DNA from: an uncultured Candidatus Micrarchaeota archaeon
GTDB lineage: Archaea; Micrarchaeota; Micrarchaeia; Micrarchaeales; Micrarchaeaceae
Assembly: GCA_963741095.1 (NCBI GenBank)
Contig: CAVUGN010000009.1
Location: forward strand, 62,756-126,755
Direction: 5' to 3'
Length of the DNA stretch: 64,000 bases
The notes under the pieces were generated by a model. The model saw only the letters and a list, made by a program, of their open reading frames with translations. It was not told where the DNA came from and did not search any database. Below, one piece after another: positions 58,854-64,000 of the stretch; the first letter of the stretch is position 1, and the number at the start of each line of letters is the position of its first letter. The position numbers were made by a program, and so were the translations under genes.

Positions 58854-58904
58854 GGTAACCTCTCTATGTTCAGCCTTATTAATTTATTGCTGTCAGGTAT
58901 TACC

Positions 58905-59654
58905 ATGGCGCTTCCAAAGGTAAAGTTCATCTACAACGAGCCCGCGATGGTCATACGCGCGGGCAAGACCCCCTATCTCGTGGTCGGCGACCTGCACATG
59001 GGCATGGAGCGGAGCCTCCATGAACGCGGTGTGCACGTCTTCAACGCGACCGAGTTCATGTCAGAGCAGATAAAGAGGATGATGAGGGAGTTCTCGCTCA
59101 AGAAAATCATTATGCTAGGGGACATAAAGGAGAGCGTGCTCTATCCCGATGCCTCTACGGCAAGGACGATAAAGAGCTTCTTCGAGAGCCTCAGCGAATT
59201 CGAGATACAAATAGTTGCGGGCAACCACGACGCGCATCTTGGCGACATTGTCAACCTTCCGATAACGAAAGAACTTATCATCGGCGAATTTGCGCTTCTT
59301 CACGGTGAAAAGAACCCGAGCGAGAAGGCGATGCTTTCCGATTATCTGATAACCGCGCACAACCACGCGATGGTCAGGATAACGGACAGCAACGGCGCGA
59401 CCTACGACCAGAAGGTCTGGCTGATAGCGAGGCTCAACCAGGCGGGAGCGCATCGCGCCTACGAAGCGGTGAACAAGAACATCAAGCTGATAATGATGCC
59501 GGCGTTCAACAGCCTGATAATGGGTTCGGAGCTCAGCAGATTCTACAAGAACAACGCAAACCCCTCGCTGAGGAACAAGGTCTTCGATTACGGCAGCGCC
59601 GAGATTTACAACCTGATGGGTCAGCGCATAGACAAAAAAGCAGTGCTCAAGTAA
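58905..59654 (+). CDS. metallophosphoesterase
   Basis: DLH, GD, GNHD, HG motifs; true start 58905. Confidence 0.9.
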   Translation: MALPKVKFIYNEPAMVIRAGKTPYLVVGDLHMGMERSLHERGVHVFNATEFMSEQIKRMMREFSLKKIIMLGDIKESVLYPDASTARTIKSFFESLSEFEIQIVAGNHDAHLGDIVNLPITKELIIGEFALLHGEKNPSEKAMLSDYLITAHNHAMVRITDSNGATYDQKVWLIARLNQAGAHRAYEAVNKNIKLIMMPAFNSLIMGSELSRFYKNNANPSLRNKVFDYGSAEIYNLMGQRIDKKAVLK

Positions 59655-59655
59655 G

Positions 59656-59823
59656 TTACTTGAGTATCGTTATCGGTATCGCGTCCTTCTCGAACTCTAT
59701 CGCAGCGAGGTCTATCGGGTTTATCATGCCCGCAGGCACCTTCACCAGCGGTGGAGCGCCGTAAGCCAGCTGCAGAGCCCTCGCGCCTATTATCCTAGCC
59801 TTTTCGAATTTAGTGTATTCCAT
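59656..59823 (-). CDS. rpoK: RNA polymerase subunit K (Rpo6); absent from ORF track
   Basis: Hand translation MEYTKFEKARIIGARALQLAYGAP. Confidence 0.95.
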   Translation of the reverse strand: MEYTKFEKARIIGARALQLAYGAPPLVKVPAGMINPIDLAAIEFEKDAIPITILK

Positions 59824-59832
59824 TTGATCACG

Positions 59833-61269
59833 TCATACTGGATTCGGTCTGAAGCGTTCTTTTGCTTCCTTCATGCTGCTGTTGACTGCCTCTCTCCATT
59901 GTGCAAAGCCCTCAGGAGTCTCTGGATACTTGGTATACAAAGCATTTAACTCTTTCATCTTCTTGACCGCGTAGAGCAGGTTGTTGAATGCGCCCACGTT
60001 CGACGCCCCTTTCAGCACCATCTTGAATTTCGAGGCAAGGCTGAGCTCGGGAACCAGTCCGTAGCTGAGGTTCTCCGCCTCCTTTGACGTCATGAATGTC
60101 TTCATGCCGTAGTTTATCACGTCGTTGTTGAGCGATTGGAGGTAGACCCTAAGGACTTCGAGGCCCGCGGTCTTCTTGCCGTAGGCATTGTTGTAGTCTA
60201 CGTTGTACTTCCACAATCCCTTCAGGCTGACGTCCTTGTTGCCTATCGCGCTCGCCGCATGCTCTCCTGCAAGTATCCCGGCTATCATCGCCGAGCCTAT
60301 GCCTCCCGCGCTGAGCGGATTCGGCATCGCCACGCTGTCTCCGGCTCCCATGTAGCCGTTGAAGACTATGCTCTCCATCTGCCTTCTCACGGCGACGGAC
60401 CAGTAACCCTTGCCGTTGTTGTTCTTGTTGTAAAGCCTGAGGTTCTTCAGGACCGGGTTGCGCTTCACGTACTCGTCCATCAGCGTTATCAGCGTGTCCT
60501 TCCTGTTGAGCTTCTTGTTCCTGATGTTGAGGCTCTCCATCTGGACCCCTATGCCTATGTTGACCATGTTCTTCTCCTTCGGGAAGACCCACCCGTAGCC
60601 GCCGGGCGCTATGTTCTGGTCGAGATGTATGAGTGCGCTCTTAGGATCAAAGAAGTTGAGGTCCTCGTGATCGAGGTCAAACTCGTAGAGATACCTTCCC
60701 GTGGCTTCAAGGTCGCTTATGTCAACCTCCCTGTCGACATAAGGATTCTCTGGGAGCTTCCTCCTCAATGAGGTTGCGACTCCCAACGCGTCTATGACTA
60801 TCTTTGCGCGTATGTTCTGGTGCTCCTTTGCCTTGTTCTTGCCCGACACTCCTACGACGAAGTTGTTCTCGATCATCGGCGCCTCGACTTCGAATTCTTG
60901 GACGTACTCCGCTCCGCTTGCGAGCGCGCATTCAAGCAGCCTGTGCTGGAAAGAAGGCCGGTCAAGAACGTAGCCAGTGCCATCGAACCTGTACCTGTGC
61001 TCCAGGTTCGGTGACAGCGCGAATATGCCGTCGACCTTGAGCTCTATCTCCGGGTACTTGAAATCTATGTTGAACTTCGATTTGACGTAATTAAGGTGCT
61101 CTTCCGCAACCGCCTCGCCGCAGACCCATCCCCAATTGGTCTTCTTACCGACCTCGCTTTCCTTGTTCCTGTCCAGAAGCAGTACCTTCAGCCCCTTCTT
61201 AGCGGCCGAAGCTGCCGCCAGCGAGCCTGCCAGCCCCGCGCCTGCGACTATAACGTCATAGTTATCCAT
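59833..61269 (-). CDS. geranylgeranyl reductase family FAD oxidoreductase
   Basis: GAGLAG, PGGYGWVFP, NPLSAGGIG. Confidence 0.9.
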   Translation of the reverse strand: MDNYDVIVAGAGLAGSLAAASAAKKGLKVLLLDRNKESEVGKKTNWGWVCGEAVAEEHLNYVKSKFNIDFKYPEIELKVDGIFALSPNLEHRYRFDGTGYVLDRPSFQHRLLECALASGAEYVQEFEVEAPMIENNFVVGVSGKNKAKEHQNIRAKIVIDALGVATSLRRKLPENPYVDREVDISDLEATGRYLYEFDLDHEDLNFFDPKSALIHLDQNIAPGGYGWVFPKEKNMVNIGIGVQMESLNIRNKKLNRKDTLITLMDEYVKRNPVLKNLRLYNKNNNGKGYWSVAVRRQMESIVFNGYMGAGDSVAMPNPLSAGGIGSAMIAGILAGEHAASAIGNKDVSLKGLWKYNVDYNNAYGKKTAGLEVLRVYLQSLNNDVINYGMKTFMTSKEAENLSYGLVPELSLASKFKMVLKGASNVGAFNNLLYAVKKMKELNALYTKYPETPEGFAQWREAVNSSMKEAKERFRPNPV

Positions 61270-61463
61270 CGAAACACTGCCATCAACAACAAATTAGAGC
61301 CGTACCTTTCGTTGTTATTGCATAAACTTTGTCGTAAGAGTTTAAAAGGTTACCTATAACACCAGAACATTCCACATTCGGCGCCAATTCCGGCCCCCAA
61401 ATTCCTGACGTGAGAGGGGGCAAGGCTTAAAAAGATATGCTGTTAAAAGCATCAAAGGGTGTC

Positions 61464-61787
61464 GATGTGGCTAAAAAGAGAGGCAAGTATGCTGCTGAGC
61501 TTGCCAAGATAAAGGAGCTGAGCACACTCGAAAGCATAATCAAGAAGGGCGACGTCGAGAACGCCCTGCTGACCAATTCTGCCAAGGAATCTGAGCCCGT
61601 TAGCGAGAACGTGATAGACTCGATACTGAGCTCCGTGGACAAGGGCAAGATCGGGGAGAAGGACATGGCGCTCATAGAGAAGCTCACCACAAAGAGCGCA
61701 AAGCACCACCACCCTGCAAAGGCATCAAAGCCTAAGAAGGCGCTCCACAAGCACGTCCAGAAGAAGCCGAAGAAGCACAGAAGATAG
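61464..61787 (+). CDS. hypothetical protein with Lys/His-rich tail
   Basis: ORF with GGGTG SD; start approximate. Confidence 0.65.
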   Translation, partial: DVAKKRGKYAAELAKIKELSTLESIIKKGDVENALLTNSAKESEPVSENVIDSILSSVDKGKIGEKDMALIEKLTTKSAKHHHPAKASKPKKALHKHVQKKPKKHRR

Positions 61788-61821
61788 CAATAAAAATACA
61801 ATCGCACTAATCCTATTGATT

Positions 61822-61893
61822 GGGCTCGTGGCTCAGTAGTAGAGCGTCCGCTTTGCAAGCGGAAGGTCGCGGGTGCGATCCCCGCCGAGTCCA
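61822..61893 (+). tRNA. tRNA-Ala(TGC)
   Basis: Acceptor GGGCTCG/CGAGTCC with G3:U70; anticodon loop TTTGCAA. Confidence 0.92.
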
Positions 61894-62015
61894 TGAAATT
61901 CTGCTCCTCCGCGTCCAGTCTGGGCTGTGCACACCGGTTTATATCCCAGGATGCCATTCCCTGTGCGTGTGGAAACATATAAGTTATTTGTGAGAAATAA
62001 GTCTAGGGTGGTAAA

Positions 62016-62987
62016 ACGGCGCGCAGGCTAAAAAAGAAGGCCAGAAGCAGATCCGTTCGCACCGCGAGCTCGCGGGCGCAGCCCACAAAAGGCTCAAAGC
62101 TAAAGTACTATTTCAACGAGGCGATAGAGCCCGCGCTCGTTTTTGCTCCACTGTGTGCACTGCTTGGAATCATAGTGGCAAGCGCCTATCGCACGATTGA
62201 TTTCACAACCGGTTTACTGTTGATCCTCGGCGTCCTGTTCGCCCAGATGGCGGTCAACGTGCTGAACGACTATGTAGATTACAGGAGGGGCATCGACCAA
62301 GAAACCACCGCGACAAGGTTCAGCGGCGGCAAGAAGCTGATAGTCGACGGCTGCGTCTCCCCCAACGGAACATTGGCCATAGGCCTGCTCTCGCTTGTTA
62401 TCGCTGCCGCGATAAGCTTATACTTCGCAGTGAACAATCCGGCGATCATTCCGTTCCTTGTTGTTGGCGCGCTTTCGATACTGTTGTACACTTCATGGTT
62501 GCTCTACGTGCCCTTCGTTGCTGAGCCGATAGTGATCATGAACTTCATGATGATCGGCATGGCGAGCTTCATAGTCGCCGGCTCTTCTGCGGCGCACATG
62601 CCCGCCATAATATTGCTGACCTTCCCTGCAGGCGCGGTTATAGGGATGGCCCTGCTCATCAACGAGATGCCCGATAGGAAGGTCGATGCGGCCCACGGCA
62701 GGAAGAGCGGCGCGGTGCTGCTGAAATCCAACGAGAACAACGCCCAGTACTACCTGTTCTGGCAGATCGCAGCCTACCTGTCCATAGCCTTCGGAGTGAT
62801 CTACAAGATCATCCCGTCAACCGAGCTCATCGCCATTGCGGCAGCACCCCTGATGATAACGTGCGTGTTCGGCATGCTGAACTATTCCGATCCAAAGAAG
62901 TTCGAGAAGTTTATGGGCCTCAACGCAGTCTACTGCATGCTCTTCATATTCCTGCTGATCGCGGGATACATACTCCCCCTTGTGTGA
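62016..62987 (+). CDS. UbiA/MenA family prenyltransferase, possible ACG start
   Basis: NDYVDYRRGID, NEMPDRKVDAAHGRK. Confidence 0.88.
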   Translation, partial: TARRLKKKARSRSVRTASSRAQPTKGSKLKYYFNEAIEPALVFAPLCALLGIIVASAYRTIDFTTGLLLILGVLFAQMAVNVLNDYVDYRRGIDQETTATRFSGGKKLIVDGCVSPNGTLAIGLLSLVIAAAISLYFAVNNPAIIPFLVVGALSILLYTSWLLYVPFVAEPIVIMNFMMIGMASFIVAGSSAAHMPAIILLTFPAGAVIGMALLINEMPDRKVDAAHGRKSGAVLLKSNENNAQYYLFWQIAAYLSIAFGVIYKIIPSTELIAIAAAPLMITCVFGMLNYSDPKKFEKFMGLNAVYCMLFIFLLIAGYILPLV

Positions 62988-62999
62988 GCGGCGCTGGAA

Positions 63000-63689
63000 G
63001 TGAGCAGCCAAAACCATAGGATGTTCTCCGAAATAACGGGAAGCTATGATCTGATGAACTGGATCATGAGCCTGGGCTTCGACGGTCTGTGGCGGAAAAG
63101 TGCAGCAAAGGAATCCCTAATCGAAAAGAAAATTTATTCAGTCATGGACATCGCCGCCGGTACTGGAGACTTCTCGATCGCAATCAACAAGGCGTGCATC
63201 AAAGAGGGCAAGAAAGTAGTTATAACCGGCATCGATTTCAACAACAAAATGCTGGAAATCGCAAGAAGAAAGACGAAGCATCTGGGGGTTAAGATAAACT
63301 TCGAAACGGGCGATGCGCTGGCGCTCCAGTTCCCCGATCGCAGCTTCGATGTCGTCGCAAGCGCCTTCGGGCTGAGGAATTTCGACAGTCTGGAAAAATT
63401 CGTAGGAGAGGCGAACAGGGTTCTCAAGAAGGGAGGGAAGCTTGTGCTGCTTGACATGGCTGCGCCAGATAACGGCCTCATGAAGTATGCATTCAGATTC
63501 TATTTCAAAATCATTCTCTTAGAAGGTGCGCTTGTCAATCGAAAAGCCTACTCCTACCTGGTCAGCAGCATAAACGAGTTCGATAAGAACAGGCTGCCCA
63601 GGCTCCTAAGCAAAAGCGGATTCTCAGAGATAAAAATCACGGAATTGCCGACCAGAGTCGCATTCATGGTCACGGCCCGCAAACCCTAA
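63000..63689 (+). CDS. UbiE/MenG family methyltransferase
   Basis: YDLMN..MSLG, DIAAGTGD, AFGLRN. Confidence 0.92.
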   Translation: MSSQNHRMFSEITGSYDLMNWIMSLGFDGLWRKSAAKESLIEKKIYSVMDIAAGTGDFSIAINKACIKEGKKVVITGIDFNNKMLEIARRKTKHLGVKINFETGDALALQFPDRSFDVVASAFGLRNFDSLEKFVGEANRVLKKGGKLVLLDMAAPDNGLMKYAFRFYFKIILLEGALVNRKAYSYLVSSINEFDKNRLPRLLSKSGFSEIKITELPTRVAFMVTARKP

Positions 63690-64000
63690 TCCAAATGGAG
63701 CTCTGTAATTTTTGCGTAGTTGCCCAAAATCTGCATCCGCTTTTGATCCAATCCACGCACTGCATCCTTGGCGTATCTGTTGTTCAGCTCGACAGCCTTT
63801 GCGACAGCCTTGTTCATGTCCATGCCGTACCTTTTTTTCATGGATGCAACGATGTTGGCGCCAGAATACTCGTCGGAGTTCACAAAATCGAGCACGTCGT
63901 CCCGTATCTGAAACGCGATGCCCAAGCTTGTGCCGTACCTGCGCAATGCCCGCGTCATTGCGCTGCCCTTGCAATAAGCCACGATGCTGCATGAAGACAT
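63686..64000 (-). CDS. polyprenyl diphosphate synthase, 3' part
   Basis: LGIAFQIRDDVLD. Confidence 0.8.
   Translation of the reverse strand: MSSCSIVAYCKGSAMTRALRRYGTSLGIAFQIRDDVLDFVNSDEYSGANIVASMKKRYGMDMNKAVAKAVELNNRYAKDAVRGLDQKRMQILGNYAKITELHLD

Noticed and set aside
57702-58904. 650-aa fusion ORF
   Set aside because: The upstream part is the antisense shadow of the M50 protease gene; the real gene starts at 58905.
1-64000. CRISPR array or rRNA
   Set aside because: No regularly spaced repeats or rRNA-like sequence seen.

Overview
Archaeal chromosome segment. Gene content and protein style suggest DPANN, probably Micrarchaeota (inference from proteins only). Core genes: proteasome/exosome superoperon, hisS, cysS, secY, SRP54, nuoH-N, the L30e-S12-S7-EF2-L7Ae-S28e-L24e cluster, smc, rpoP, rpoK, quinone/lipid genes and two tRNAs. 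The main feature is a ~4.27-kb element integrated at tRNA-Arg(TCT) between 36-bp direct repeats (21711-21746 and 25943-25978). It carries a tyrosine integrase that appears split by att, a hicBA pair and a diversity-generating retroelement (DGR). The DGR has a target gene with VR 23145-23241, TR 23647-23746 (16 of 18 substitutions at TR adenines), a GAA-triloop hairpin and an RT frameshifted at a G7 run. No avd ORF is recognisable; a structured non-coding segment precedes TR instead. Other observations: a ~24-aa N-terminal leader shared by five ankyrin and non-ankyrin proteins, a three-member paralog family, a single-repeat TBP, apparent ATA/ACG start codons and a 20-aa Lys-rich micro-ORF. All alignments were done by eye; no searches were run.
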